A stretch of DNA of 64,000 bases from Octopus vulgaris (GCA_951406725.2 OX597817.1:68696001-68760000); one strand, 5' to 3'. Shown: positions 12,958 through 26,335, counted from the first letter of the stretch. The notes: a model not told the origin generated them from the sequence alone. Made by a program: numbers and translations.

Positions 12958-13238
12958 CATCACCATTATTGTTCAAAGGATACTACATGATAATTTAATT
13001 ATTAGGATACTACAAAACGTAATACATTCTAATTTAATTAACAAGAATGTTATCCCATATTTACGAGACAAGTTCCAATAAATCTCAAGAATCTTAGTAT
13101 TTTTGCAGAACACAGGATGACATTTTTCTGCAGAACACTGATATATATTTCAATTCTAATTCTGCTGAATCACTAAGTCACAGAGCTGCAAACAAACCAG
13201 CAAACATTGTCAATTTGGTAGCGGAACACACAAATATG

Positions 13239-13292
<54 letters not shown>

Positions 13293-14091
13293 TACACACA
13301 CACATACTCATATACAATGGGTCTCTACAAAGTCTGCATCAAACAAAATTCCCTCATAAAGCATTGGTTTGCCAGAGGCTGTCACAGAAGACACTTGTTC
13401 AAGGTGTTGTGCTATGGAACTGAAGCCAAAGCCAAATTTTGTGTGTGTATGTGTGTGCATGCATTTGTGTGTGTATATATGTGTGAATGTGTGTGTGTGT
13501 GTGTGTATGGTATAATGAGTTTTGTAAGATATTTATTCAAGTCCAATAATGAAGCTCAAAAGTAAAGCATTTATCCAAGTAATCCTATACTTCTAAGATT
13601 TCTATTACATATGAGAAACCATATAAGACAAAGAACTGAATAAATTCCATCATAAACAAACTGATAGCCATAAACATATCCTTATATATAGATAGGTGCA
13701 GGAGTGGGTGTGTGGTAAGAAGCTTGCTTCCCAACCACATGGTTTTGGGTTCAATCCCATTGCTCATTGCATGGCACCTTGAGCAAGGGTCTTCTACTAT
13801 AGCCTTGGGCCAACCATTACCTTGTGAGTGGATTTGGTAGACAGAAACTGAAAGAAGCCCATCGAATATATGTGTGTATATATATATAATTATTAGTCTC
13901 TACATACATTACACCATAGCAGTTATTTGCAACTCAGCTTTGTTTTTATCCCCTTTATATCATGAATAGTAATATTACTTAGTACAGTGGTAGACTAACC
14001 ACTGTACATGAAGCTGACTAGATAATGTTAATCTACGTAGAGTTCTAACTCATATTTGTTGTACATATAAGTATACACATGATACACACAC

Positions 14092-14171
<80 letters not shown>

Positions 14172-14344
14172 TACTGAGTCATTAATATTTTCAATAGAAG
14201 CCTTGTTTATGCTAGAGCCTAACCAACAGCTTTAATCACAATCATTTATCTGATCCTACTACATTTTGTGTGTGTGTGTGTGTGTGAGCTGAAACTAGAT
14301 AAAATAAAATAAAATAAAAAATAAAATAAAATATATATGTATAT

Positions 14345-14520
14345 AGTTCAAATTTACAGAAAAATAAAGACAAAGACAGGTGAGGGAAAACTAAGCAGGT
14401 GTATTAGTTTGACACTTGGGAAGAATGGAAAAGTTTTTGACATTTCAAGCCTAAGCACTTTGACAGAAAGGATCATGAGGAAGAAAGTAGAGAGAAAACA
14501 AAAACAATGTGTAGGGATTA
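14345..14520 (-). mobile_element. PLE family A tail, old copy with decayed hammerhead
   Basis: Reverse complement CTTT CTGTCAA A GTGC-TTAG-GCTT GAAA TG TC AAAAA, followed by the AAACTAATACACCTG...GTCTT tail, next to a short TA run. Confidence 0.65.
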
Positions 14521-14556
14521 ATAGTACATGATGAAATGACCAGAAGAAAGAGGCTG

Positions 14557-14602
<46 letters not shown>

Positions 14603-14768
14603 AGGGAGATAGAGATAGAGACAACGATGCAAATAAACAGATAAAACTCCTTGGGAATATACAGAATATGTATACATGTAAATAGATGAAAGCAAAGACT
14701 GAAAATTTTCAGATGATTAACATTCAGGTAAATATATATACATATACATATATATATATGTGTGTATG

Positions 14769-14866
<98 letters not shown>

Positions 14867-14989
14867 CCAACTCATACCAGCATGGAAAACGGACGCTAAA
14901 CGATGATGATGATGATGATGATATATATTGGTGTTAAACTGATGCTATTATTAAATTAATATCTAATTTTTCACCCTCATTTATGAATA

Positions 14990-15717
14990 TATATACATAT
15001 AACATTAAAAATGAACTTTAATCTTGCTTGCTTGCTTGTAATGTTACACAGCCAAAACTAGGACATAATGGGAAAATACTTTGAAAGTAAAGGCCCCTAA
15101 AATGTGAATACAAACGGAATAAAATAAGTTTCATGTAAATCAGACCAGTGGTCATTGAAATATTTGGGGTTTTGGGTGTATAATGAACCAAAACAATGCA
15201 TAATGGGAAAATACTCCAAAATTAACTTAACCTTGAAAGGAAAGAAACTCTGAACTTTCCATTAGACACATTATAATGGGCGAAATACTTTTAAGTGAAA
15301 ATGACTTTAGAAATATGGTAAATATTTCATAAAAGACTCGTTCGTAACCTCGGTGTGAAACAGTTTTTCTCCATATGTTTCCATAGGTTTCTTTCAAGAG
15401 CATTCAATGTAGCTCACCTCCAAAGATTTGGCTTCTATTTCTAGCAAGCCCCGCTACCACGTAACAAATATTTGCAATAAAGGACCTGAAATACCTCTTA
15501 CGTGGTAGCAGGGCATGCAAGAAATAGCAGCCAAATCTTTCCTTTTCTTGGGGAAGGAGCCATTTACATGTGATTTCGATGTCACATTTGTTGAAAACAT
15601 GTGAAATAATGTGGATAAGAAAAAATAAACCCATCAAACACAACTCCATTGCTGGGAAACTCAGACTTTCCCAGTACCTTGAATTATTGGTGACCTAATG
15701 GGCCATGGGTAGTCTAG
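14990..15717 (+). mobile_element. Non-autonomous Helitron-like element
   Basis: 5' ...TAAAAATGAA...(GCTT)n...CACAGCCAAAACTA; 3' decayed hairpin GACCTAATGGGCCATGGGT, then CTAG|T at 15714-15718; internal (C/T)ATAATGGG..AAATACT three times. Confidence 0.5.
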
Positions 15718-15781
15718 TGTTTATATATATTTTTACTCAAATTAAATAGACTCAAAGTAATAGAGGGGAGAAGGAATGGTG

Positions 15782-16003
15782 TTACATGTCCAATAGCTGT
15801 TTCTGGGTGCTTGGAGTTACTTCATAATGTTGGCAGATGTAGTTCACCAAAAATTTGCAACCAGTAATGGAATTAAACAAACATTGGAAAAAAACCAGGC
15901 CTCCTTCTTCAAGAAGTTTTATATGTTTATTTGCATAACTGTATCCATATCTGTGCACTCTTCTGATTTGGTCCTCAGTAAATATTTTGGAGTGTAAATT
16001 CAA
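15782..16003 (-). mobile_element. Possible L1/Tx1-type LINE ORF2 relic
   Basis: KLLEEGGLVFF resembles the post-RT LPK..GGLG motif; no other motif is recognisable. Confidence 0.3.
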
Positions 16004-16132
16004 ATTTTTTTAGCATTACTAAGTATTTTCTATATAGAAATTCTCTTGATCTCCTCTATTCACTCTCTTTCTCTCCCTATCTCTCTCTCTCTCTCTCTCT
16101 CTCTTTATATATACATATACATATACATATAC

Positions 16133-16185
<53 letters not shown>

Positions 16186-16195
16186 CCTATCTATG

Positions 16196-16230
<35 letters not shown>

Positions 16231-16243
16231 TCATATAATTCTA

Positions 16244-16283
<40 letters not shown>

Positions 16284-16644
16284 CTATGTATGTATGCATC
16301 TATCTTTATATATACATTTTATACACAAACACACACACACACATATGTTTGTGTATATCGAACTAATATATTACATATCTATTACACAGACACACTGTGC
16401 ACTATTTAAACTATATAAAGACTAAAACACATTTTTGTGGGGAAGACAGAGTCAACAACATTTTGTCTTTTAGCAAAGATATATATTTTTCTTTTCTGTA
16501 TCAATATTTATCTTATACTTTATTTATGTCTAAGAGCTTTGAGAACTTGAAGTCTAATATGTAAAATATTCTAATTTTAAATTACACTGTACTTATACAT
16601 CTATTATTCATCCCCCCACCACATGCATACCTACAACAGTATAT

Positions 16645-16840
16645 TCTTTTACTTGTTTCAGTCATTTGACTGCAACCATGCTGGAGCACCACCTTTAGTT
16701 GAAAAAATTGACTTCTTTGTAAGCCTAGTATTTATTCTGTCTGTTTTGCTGAACCACTAAGTCACAAGGACATAAACACACCAACATCGGTTGTCAAGCG
16801 ATGGTGGGAGGCCAAACACAGACAAATAACAAATACACAA

Positions 16841-16912
<72 letters not shown>

Positions 16913-17250
16913 AAAATCCATAAAAAAAAAGACAAAAACAGGTGGTGTAGACAACAAACAAATGTATTAGTTTAATACTCGGGAAGTAAAGAAGTCTTTA
17001 ATGTTTCGAGCCTATGCTCTTCCACAGAAAGAAACACAGAAAGGAACAAGGAGAGAAAATAAAGAATGTGTAGTGGCTAGCAACGACGGCCTTCATTCAG
17101 TTTCCATCTTTCAAATCTACTCACAAGGCTTTGATCAGCCTGATGCTATAGTAGAAGACGCTTACTTGATGTGCCATGCAGTGGGACTAAACCCAGAAAC
17201 ATGTGGTTGGGAAGTAAACTTCCTACCACACAGCCACTCCTGCACCTACA
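16645..17250 (-). mobile_element. SINE family 1 interrupted in its internal (TA)n by a PLE tail
   Basis: SINE 3' half 16645-16845, then (TA)n, insert 16910-17083, and SINE 5' half resuming ACGACGGCCTTC to about 17250. Confidence 0.85.
16995..17032 (-). ncRNA. Minimal hammerhead motif, family A
   Basis: Reverse complement TCTTT CTGTGGA A GAGC-ATAG-GCTC GAAA CA TT AAAGA. Confidence 0.65.
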
Positions 17251-17332
17251 TATATTTGGCAGATGTCTTAAAAAAAAATTATTTTTTGTTTATTGTTCCT
17301 TCAGTTATATTTAGAATAACTTTAATGCTTAG

Positions 17333-17730
17333 TCTTTTACTTGTTTCAGTCATTTTGATTGTGACCATACTGAAGTGCTGCTTTGAAGAGTTTTAATTGA
17401 ACAAATCAACCCTAGTACTTATTTTTTAAAAGCTTGGTACTTATTCTGTCGGTCACTTTTGCTGAACTGCTAATGTTATGGAGACATAAACACACCAACA
17501 CTATCAAGTGATGATGGAGGGGCAAACACACACACACAGATATACAAGCACATGCACACATACACACACACATATATGATGGCCTTCTTTCAGTTTCCAT
17601 CTACCAAATTCACCCACAAGACTTTGGTCAGCCTGAGGTTATAGTAGAAGACACTTGCTCAAGGTACCATGCAGTGGGACTGAACCTGAAACCATGTGGT
17701 TGGGAAGCAAGCTTCTTACCACATAGCCAT
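17333..17730 (-). mobile_element. SINE family 1
   Basis: Collinear with 1677-2083. Confidence 0.85.
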
Positions 17731-18162
17731 CATAGTAGACTTTTACAAGTGTTACCAAGTTTGATGAGTGCTGATAACTTTTAAAAGTTTTGCTGACTTC
17801 TACAACAAATACAGCCAACATTTGTAGTAAAAATCACTTGCACTAATTGTTATGACAGGCACAGCTGCCTTTTACAAGGCTAGATGGGCTTACCCAACAA
17901 ATTTAACTACATTATATAAGTGGAGCTAAGTGTATGGGTATGCAGGTATTTTGAAAATATTTCATGGAGTGATGGTAATGTCCTGCATAATTACTGGCTA
18001 CCCTTTGGTAAGGCATAGCACCCATTGAGCCACCCTGCCAGGAATATAGTAAAGTCATCAGACTGTAGCATCATAGATTGTAGAGAGGTAGTGGAGGGCC
18101 CAAGTGAGCTAACAATGCTTCTTACATTGATGTTGAGTGGAAGAATCCTAAAAAAATCAAGT

Positions 18163-18240
18163 CAGGATTGGCTGTGTGGTAAGTTGCTTGCTTACCAACC
18201 ACATGGTTCTGGGTTCATTCCCACTGCATGGCACCACTGC

Positions 18241-18278
<38 letters not shown>

Positions 18279-18503
18279 ATTTGTGTGTTTATGTGTGTCT
18301 GTGTTTGTCACCCCCCAACATCGCTTGACAACCGATGGTGGTGTGTTTACGTCCCCATAACTTAGCGATTCGGCAAAAGAGACCGATAAAATAAGTACTA
18401 GGCTTACAACGAATAAGTCCCTGGGGTCGATTTGCTCGGCTAAAGGCGGTGCTCCAGCATGGCCACAGTCAAATGACTGAAACAAGTAAGAGGGTAAAAA
18501 GAG
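18163..18503 (+). mobile_element. SINE family 1 with internal deletion
   Basis: Head joined directly to the microsatellite and tail; AGTCAGGAT on both sides (18160-18168, 18502-18510) is TSD-like. Confidence 0.85.
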
Positions 18504-18758
18504 TCAGGATCACCAAGCTTTACCAAGAGAGTAACTGCAATGCATCCATAGGGGTGTGTCCGTGGTTGTGTAATCAGTTAATGGAAGATTCAATATGACT
18601 CAAGCTCCCAATTCAAATTCATAATAATGGAATCAGATGGTGATAGAGAATCATAGGAATCCATGAAAGCAGTGAAAATGAAGCTAAGTATAGCTGACTT
18701 TTGAAACAAGTGTAGCTGGCCCTCACAAATGTAATCAATTTTTTTTTCTCAATAACTG

Positions 18759-18956
18759 TACCGTATTTTCTGGCATACAGTTCAACTTAGTATATAGTGT
18801 AAGCGTTCAAACACCATCACCATGTTTCTAAATCCTGCTGCATTTCACATAGAATTTTTGGTCCTCCAAAGTTGTCTTTGTATATATGTCAATCTACCTT
18901 TTATGGCTGTAAATTTTGGTAAGAAAACTTCTACTTGTATGCTGGAAAATGAGGTA
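18759..18956. mobile_element. Tc1/mariner/pogo-type MITE inside a degenerate ~20-bp minisatellite
   Basis: TA-bounded imperfect TIRs TACCGTATTTTCTGGCATACA / TGTATGCTGGAAAATGAGGTA; flanks 18690-19060 carry GTGTAGCTGACTTTCACAA-like units. Confidence 0.65.
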
Positions 18957-19399
18957 GCTTTCACAAGTGTAGTGGAATTCTAGCTGTGTAGCTGACTTTC
19001 ACAACAGATGTAACTGGCTTCCATAAGTGACTTTCACAAGAAGTGTAACTGACTTCTATATTTATGTGATTTGGAGAAGGTAAACAGTAGAAGTGAGAAA
19101 TCCAGAAGTTTTTATTGCTCTACAGGAACACTGCTCATTCATCAACAAAGATAGCACCATCTCTTCAAGTCTTAAATTGCCTTTTAGCTGACAAACTTCC
19201 ACATTATGAAATTCCAATAATAGACAATAAAACTACAGCAGATAGTAATGATAATAAAACAAAATTTAATATGATGTAATATACTGATTGCAAGAGTGAG
19301 TACTTGGATTGAGAAGGTGTATTGCATGACAGTGGTTATTGAAAAATCAATAATGAAGAAAGTACAAAACAACTTTGAATTTATTATTGTTTACTGTAT

Positions 19400-19740
19400 G
19401 ATAAATTTCATGAAGGTTTACATCTGTAATATATAGTAAATTTTTCCCTTTCTGCTGCCATCTATTGCAGCCTCTTCAAAATTCATTTCTAGTGTACTGA
19501 GCTAATTCTTCAAGTGCAGGCCATTGTAGCTGGCAAAATTGTGATGTTGGATGCTGGGGGTTTCATATTTCATCTTTGTCTCCATTATAATGATATTGCT
19601 GAACCAAAATGCAGGCTTCTGAATAGTGCTAATGATTGGAAGATGCTGGATGATTTGGAACTGGTGCATATCTTCTCAAGCCATATTGCAATAATTAAGC
19701 CACAATTCTGATATTATGTATTCTGCTGACAAAGAAACTT
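19400..19740 (+). mobile_element. Possible RLE-endonuclease non-LTR (Hero/NeSL-like) C-terminal relic
   Basis: CRLLNSANDWKMLDDLELVHIFSSHIAIIKP, then (frameshift) DIMYSADKE; resembles LL..A.DW.L..DL....FP..IA.T.LRPDIV..S...K. Confidence 0.45.
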
Positions 19741-19841
19741 TGATTGTTGGGTCATATACCATGGGAGGGCAATATGGAATATGGAGAGGACAAGAATTGT
19801 CTCAGGTTTGAGGATTTTAAGGTAGTGTACAGTGCAAGTCG

Positions 19842-20104
19842 TGGAGGCACGTGGCTTAGTGGTTAGGGTGTCGGCATCATGATTGTAAGATTGTGGTTTT
19901 GATTCCTGGACCGGGCAACGTGTTGTGTTCTTTAGCAAAACACTTCATTTCACATTGCTCCAGTCCACTCAGCTGGCAAAAATGAGTAATGCTGCAATGG
20001 ACTGGTGTCCCATCCAGCTGGGGAAAATATATGCCATGGAAACCGGGAAACCAGGCCCATGAGCCTGGCTAGGCTTTAAAAGGGTGCATTTATTTTATTT
20101 ATTT
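19842..20104 (+). mobile_element. tRNA-derived SINE family 3 with 13-bp TSD
   Basis: A box TGGCTTAGTGG, B-box-like GGTTTTGATTCC, (TTTTA)n tail; TACAGTGCAAGTC at 19828-19840 and 20105-20117. Confidence 0.85.
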
Positions 20105-20639
20105 TACAGTGCAAGTCCCAGAAGCATATGATAAAAATACAAAAGCTGAGAAAGAAAAATATTCTCCAAATGAAATAAAACTAAATACAACTATATACAT
20201 TCATATACACACACACACATATACGTACACACATACATACACACACACACACAAACATACACACACACATACAGAGGAGTGAACAAATGAAAACATGTAG
20301 CTCTCAAGGAATTTGTTTGGAGTTACATGTATTTAATACCACTTTAGCTCAGCTCCATAATGTAAAGAGTGCCTCTGCCACCAAACATCTGATGAGAGGG
20401 ATGTGTCCTATGCAGCTACAAAACTAAATCATGCAGAGCTAAATCAAACAACTATTAAAGAAGAAAGATACGCGTGTGTTTGTGTGTGTGTGTTGGTTTA
20501 TGCTGGATGAATGGGGAGTGCATCCTCAATAGATATGTATTTTCTCTTTTAAATTCTTGGTTTTTAATTAAAAACTAAAAACCAAAACTAAAAATCAAGC
20601 ATTAAAATAAAACATATCTATTGAAAAAAATCTACAATA

Positions 20640-20930
20640 AGGAAAGATATTTTGGGAGATATAAAACATATATCGAATGCTTTGAAAAAAGTAAGAGAAG
20701 TTAAATATATTCTAAAACAAACAACTACCAATAACTGTGTTTATAGGTTTTATGGCTCTTCCCAAATATAACCATGTTAAAAGTGTTATTTCTACAAAAA
20801 GAATTCAAACTGTTGTTTGACTATGCAAACAGAGATATTTTGGACTATCTTCAAAGTATGGCATGTAATCATAACCATAAATGAACTCTTCATTTAAATG
20901 AATATTTCTGATAATTTCATTTATTTTCTT
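20640..20930 (+). mobile_element. Possible PLE GIY-YIG C-terminal relic of a second lineage
   Basis: Frameshifted KNSNCC..LCK..EIFWTI resembles the C-terminal CxLC..EK..I motif of PLE endonucleases; a similarly weak relic lies at about 7530-7760. Confidence 0.3.
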
Positions 20931-21550
20931 ATAATTACATTAATTTTCTTATAAAACAAAATTCAGATAGCCTGAAAATAAATTGAAAATATATTTCATT
21001 TAATAAAAAATAATAATTTGTTCTTATCATTTTTAAGTCTTCATCAGTTTTAATGAATTTCTGTTTTTCTACAAATGGCAAATATTTTTTAACCAATATG
21101 TCTTTCATGTATATGTGTATGTATGTACACACACATACATATACTCATGCACACACACACATCATCATCATCATTATTTAACATTTACTCTCCATACTGA
21201 CATAGGTTGGATAGTTGGAAAGGATATAACAAGTCAGAGGAACACACTGTACACCAATGTCTGTTTAGATATGGTTTCTATGGATGGATGGCCTTCCTAA
21301 TGCCAACAACATTACGGAGAGTACAAAGCACTTTTTTTTTATCATACTAGCACTAGTCTCTTCACAGATTGCAAGACTGAAGGATCTAAAGGGAGCCTTG
21401 TAACTGGAGAATAATAGCAGAGAGAAAGAAGAGATATTTTGTGTGATGATTTCAGGCAAGAGTCGGATAAAATATTCTGAGAGGAACAGATTTACAGATT
21501 TTATAGTTGTGAAAAGATGGCAGGGAAGTGAGTAACAGAGTAGACACAGT

Positions 21551-21592
<42 letters not shown>

Positions 21593-21851
21593 AGACATGA
21601 CTGTGTTGTAAGAAGTTTGCTTCCCAACCACAGGGTTCTGAGTTCAGTCCTACAGCATAGCAGTGTCTTTTATTATAAACCCAAGCTGATTAAAAATCTT
21701 TCGAGTGGATTTGGTAGATGGAAACTGTTCTTTCTCTACACTCTGTATCTTTATTATTCAAAAGTTGCTAGGATATTAAACTGTAAAAGTAGTGGTCTTT
21801 AGTTCAAATCTACTACTAGTGTTTTTGCTATATTATATATATATATGCATA

Positions 21852-21997
21852 CATCATCATCATCATCATCATCATTTAGCGTCCGTTTTCCATGCTAGCA
21901 TGGGTTGGACGGTTCAACTGGGGTCTGTGAAGCTGGAAGGCTTCATCAGGCCCAGTCAGATCTGGCAGTGTTTCTACGGCTGGATGCCCTTCCTAAC
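21852..21997 (-). mobile_element. Retroposon 3' end with (GAT)n tail
   Basis: Reverse complement TTAGGAAGGGCATCCAGCCGTAGAAAC...CCGTCCAACCCATGCTAGCATGGAAAACGGACGCTAAATGATGATG; relatives at about 8345, 21160, 35455, 46357, 49615, 55330, 61030 and 62930. Confidence 0.8.
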
Positions 21998-22247
21998 ACA
22001 CACATACATATATATATATATAAACACACATACATATATATATACACACACATACATATATATATATATATACACATATATATATATATATATACACACA
22101 TACATATATATATATACATACACACACATATATATATATATATATATTTACTCTCCATACTGACATAGGTTGGATAGTTGGAAAGGATATAACAAGTCAG
22201 AGGAACACACTGTACACCAATGTCTGTTTAGATATGATTTCTATATA

Positions 22248-22278
<31 letters not shown>

Positions 22279-22999
22279 CCCTACCTTCTGGTCTTGCCAA
22301 TTCCTATCAAACCGTGTCCAACTCATGCCAACACGGAAAACAGACATTAAATGATGATGATGATGATGATGATGATGATGCTCGATCTGGGTTGGTCTGT
22401 AGCTAAACCACAAAACAACAGCAGAGTTTTCTACATGGTTACTTGGCCTGTTAGATATAGTAACTATTTCTTCCTCATATCACAACCTCCCATCTGAACA
22501 TGAACAAAACAAAAGGACATATTGGACAATGTAGTCCTATAATGCACTGAATAAGATGAGATGGTCATAGCTGGAAATGCAATGATCACAGATCTGCTCG
22601 ATTAGAATTGATCTGCTAGATTAGAAATAAAGCAACAATTAACTGTAAAGGTAAAATATAAGAGATTAATGCTAACATTGCAAGAATTAAAACTCAAACC
22701 AGGGAATCACAATGTATGATGCAATAAAATAATAATAGCCTTCAGGAAAGTATCCACAGTGAGATATTAAGTTATTTAGAAATGCACAAAAGCTGCAACA
22801 ATTGCTACAGATCCCACAAATGGCCCACAAGACCAATTAGGTAATCCTCCCAGTGTGTTAAACCCAGTGCACAGGAAAAAACTGATAGATTTTAACCAGC
22901 TTTGCAACCAGCCATTCGCTGACTCAGGCAAATCTTTATGTTAATTATAATTTTAGATAAGCATTATGGATGGAATGCTTTTCATCATAAATATATTCA

Positions 23000-23412
23000 G
23001 GCACAGGAGTGGCTGTGTGGTAATTAGCTTGTTTACCAACAACATAGTTCCGGGTTCAGTCCCACTGCGTGGCACCTTGGGCAAGTGTCTTCTACTATAG
23101 CCTCGGGCCGACCAAAACCTTGCGAGTGGATTTGATAGACGGAAACTGAAAGAAGCCCATCGTATATATGTATATATATATATGCGTGTGTGTGTTTGTG
23201 TGTCTGTGTTTGTCCCCCTAGCATTGCTTGACAACCGATGCTGGTGTGTTTATGTCCCCGTTACTTAGCGGTTCGGCAAAAGAGACCGATAGAATAAGTA
23301 CTGGGCTTACAAAAGAATAAGTCCCGGGGCGAGTTGCTCGATTAAAGGTGGTGCTCCAGCATGGCCGCAGTCAAATGACTGAAACAAGTAAAAGAGTAAA
23401 AAAGAGAGAGAG
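23000..23412 (+). mobile_element. SINE family 1, full length and young (CpGs retained)
   Basis: A and B boxes, CORE-like segment, internal microsatellite, 3' CAGTC-AAAT-GACTG hairpin and GTAAAAGAG tail. Further copies at about 5140, 6122, 13150, 13694, 21592, 24813, 27418, 33335, 55813, 60268 and 63145. Confidence 0.92.
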
Positions 23413-23890
23413 TCAGGGCTGCCCAACATTTAAACAATAACACAACAAACATCAGCAGCAGTAACACTTTATGATGAGTTGAGAGAACCTCTATGTAATC
23501 ATTTGACTTTCTAGCAATAGCAACTAAATGTCCTTCAAATTACATCCAGTCATTGGGAAAAAACATCATTGTATAATTTAGTCATAGATAAATAAGACAG
23601 TTGGAATGTCATCGATCATAAGTCTGCATAGTCAGAATTTTCCTATATACTAACCACTAACACCATTAAGAAAAAACATTTCATATGACAAGCAAAGAAT
23701 AGGATCCCTATAGTGTCAATTGATTTGCTAGAAACAGTAGATAAATCTTTGAATTACATCCTACCACAAAGGGCAGAATGGGTAATGAGGTACTAGATTT
23801 CATGCACATAGGTAAAAAAAAAAAAATGGAAAGATCTTTCTGTTGAAAGTTCTACTAAAAGCTAAATTACAACAACAACTGGTTGATATT

Positions 23891-24067
23891 GAAATTATGG
23901 GGAAGGGACGAGTTAATTACATTGACCCCGGTGATCAACTGGCATTTATTTTATCAATTCCAAAAAAGTGAAAGGCACAGTTGACCACAGCAGAATTTGA
24001 TCTCAGAACATAAAGATGGATGGAATGTCACTAAGCAATGCTAATGATTCTGCCAGCTCATTGTCTT
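23891..24067 (-). mobile_element. SINE family 2 with 17-bp TSD
   Basis: AACAACTGGTTGATATT at 23874-23890 and 24068-24084. Confidence 0.85.
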
Positions 24068-24299
24068 AACAACTGGTTGATATTAAATAATTGCTTACTG
24101 TATGTTGATTAAGGTAAAACATATGAGGGGAAAATTTCTACAAATACAGTAAAATTTAATGTCCTCAATCTACAGGGTTTGAAATCAAATATACTAAATA
24201 ATAATTATTTTGGAATGAATAATGTGTAGGCTTTAGAACATTTAACTATTTATGATGATATTTTGCCTGTTATATGGCAATTTTCCATAGAAATAATGC

Positions 24300-24695
24300 T
24301 TTTTGAGATGATTTTCTGCATGCACATTTTCAGAATATTATATATATTTTGTGTACTTGCTGTATAATGATAGTGTATATATTTCATGCATGTATTGTAT
24401 AATGATATATATATATTTAGTGTATATACAATATAATGATGTTACATATTATATCACATATATTTTGTGTTACATGCTGAATATGAAATTATATGTAATA
24501 TATACATTTTGTGTATGTGCTATATAATGACATTCTATACATTTTGTGTATATACGATATAATGATATTATATATATTTCGCGAGTATGCTGCATGATGA
24601 TATCATATATCATCTTTCTATTATATATATATTTCATGTATGTGCAGTATGTATATATATTTTGTGTATATTCTGTAAAATGATATTATATGTAT

Positions 24696-24750
<55 letters not shown>

Positions 24751-24770
24751 GCAAGAAATAATATTATATG

Positions 24771-24814
<44 letters not shown>

Positions 24815-25143
24815 CAGGAGTGGCTGTGTGGTAAGAAGCTTGCTTCCTAACCACATGGTTCCGGGTTTGGTCCCACTGTGTAGCACCTTGGACAAGTGTC
24901 TTCTACTAGAGCCTTGGGCCAACCAAAGCCTTCTGTATGGATTTGGTAGACGGAAATTGAAAGAAGTGTGTTGTATATATGTGTGTGTGTGTATGTCTGT
25001 GTCTGTGTCTGCATCTGTCCCCACCACCATTGATTGACAAACGATGTTGGTGTGTTTACATCACTGTAACTTAGCGATTCAGCAAAAGAGACCAAAAGAA
25101 TAAGCAATATATATCATGCATATTTTGTGTATGCGTTGTATAA

Positions 25144-25206
<63 letters not shown>

Positions 25207-25318
25207 AGCGTAGGCTCGAAATGTAAAAGACTTTTTCTATTCCTGAGCATTATACTAATACATCTTTGTTTTGTACACCACTTGTCTTCGTCTTTTGTTT
25301 TTTTCATAAACTTACCCT

Positions 25319-25363
<45 letters not shown>

Positions 25364-25400
25364 TATATACAATCATTTTTTGTATATGCTGTGTAATTAT
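24300..25400. repeat. Degenerate ~35-40-bp minisatellite (ATATTTTGTGTATGTGCTGTATAATGAT-like), interrupted by a SINE and a PLE tail
   Basis: The unit recurs across 24340-24700 and again at about 25115 and 25375, either side of the insertions. Confidence 0.6.
25204..25320 (+). mobile_element. PLE family A tail, 5'-truncated inside the hammerhead, bounded by (TA)n
   Basis: (TA)n-AAGAGCGTAGGCTCGAAATGTAAAAGAC...CTTACCC-(TA)n. Confidence 0.8.
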
Positions 25401-26296
25401 TTTTTCTCAATATGAGAAAATATTTTTTCTCAATATGACAACAGATTCCACGAAAAATTCCTTATAGTATTCTCTAAAATATTGAACGATAAAACAATTA
25501 TCCTAATAAAAGAAAAAAAATCCATCATTGTTCTCCCTTCACCCATTGCCCCTCTGGCAAATCATACAAGTGGTATGCATTGTTGCTGTCAATGTTTTGT
25601 GATTGACAAAAAGAAGTAGCAGCTGCTGAGTGAAGATTTTTGGGATTTGAGTGGTACCCCAGCTTTGATTACAGCTGGAACAGCTTAGAATATTTCACTA
25701 ACTAAATTGAGAAAATTCACTAATTCAATGCGGAACAAAAGAATGTTAATTTTGTCCGTTTTTGAGATTCTGTAATATAACTCATTGAAAACAACAAATG
25801 GAACTGGTAAAATGAACAATAGGAGTGTTTTTGAGGTGAGATTTTGTAGAGGAGGGGAAAAAAAGATGGCTTGGATTCTTTATGGTATGTAATTTGGTAG
25901 CTAAAAATTTCAGAGAAATTCTAGGTACCAAGCAGTTATATATAGGAAACAAGAAACATATAAACCAGACTAGAAATCTCTCTCTATATATGAATGCATG
26001 TATGTGTGTGCATGTGTATCTATATATATGTGTGTGTATACATATACGCACATATATATATATGTAAGTATATATGTATGCATATATATGTATGTATATA
26101 TATATATATATACATATCCACACACACAGAGATATGTGCAGATATGTGTATACACACACATATTTATATATATACATATGCATATATGTGTGTTTGTGTA
26201 TATATATACACACACATATATACATGCATGTATGTATGTATGTATGTATGTATGTACATATATATATACACACACATATACAAGTATGTATGTACG

Positions 26297-26335
<39 letters not shown>

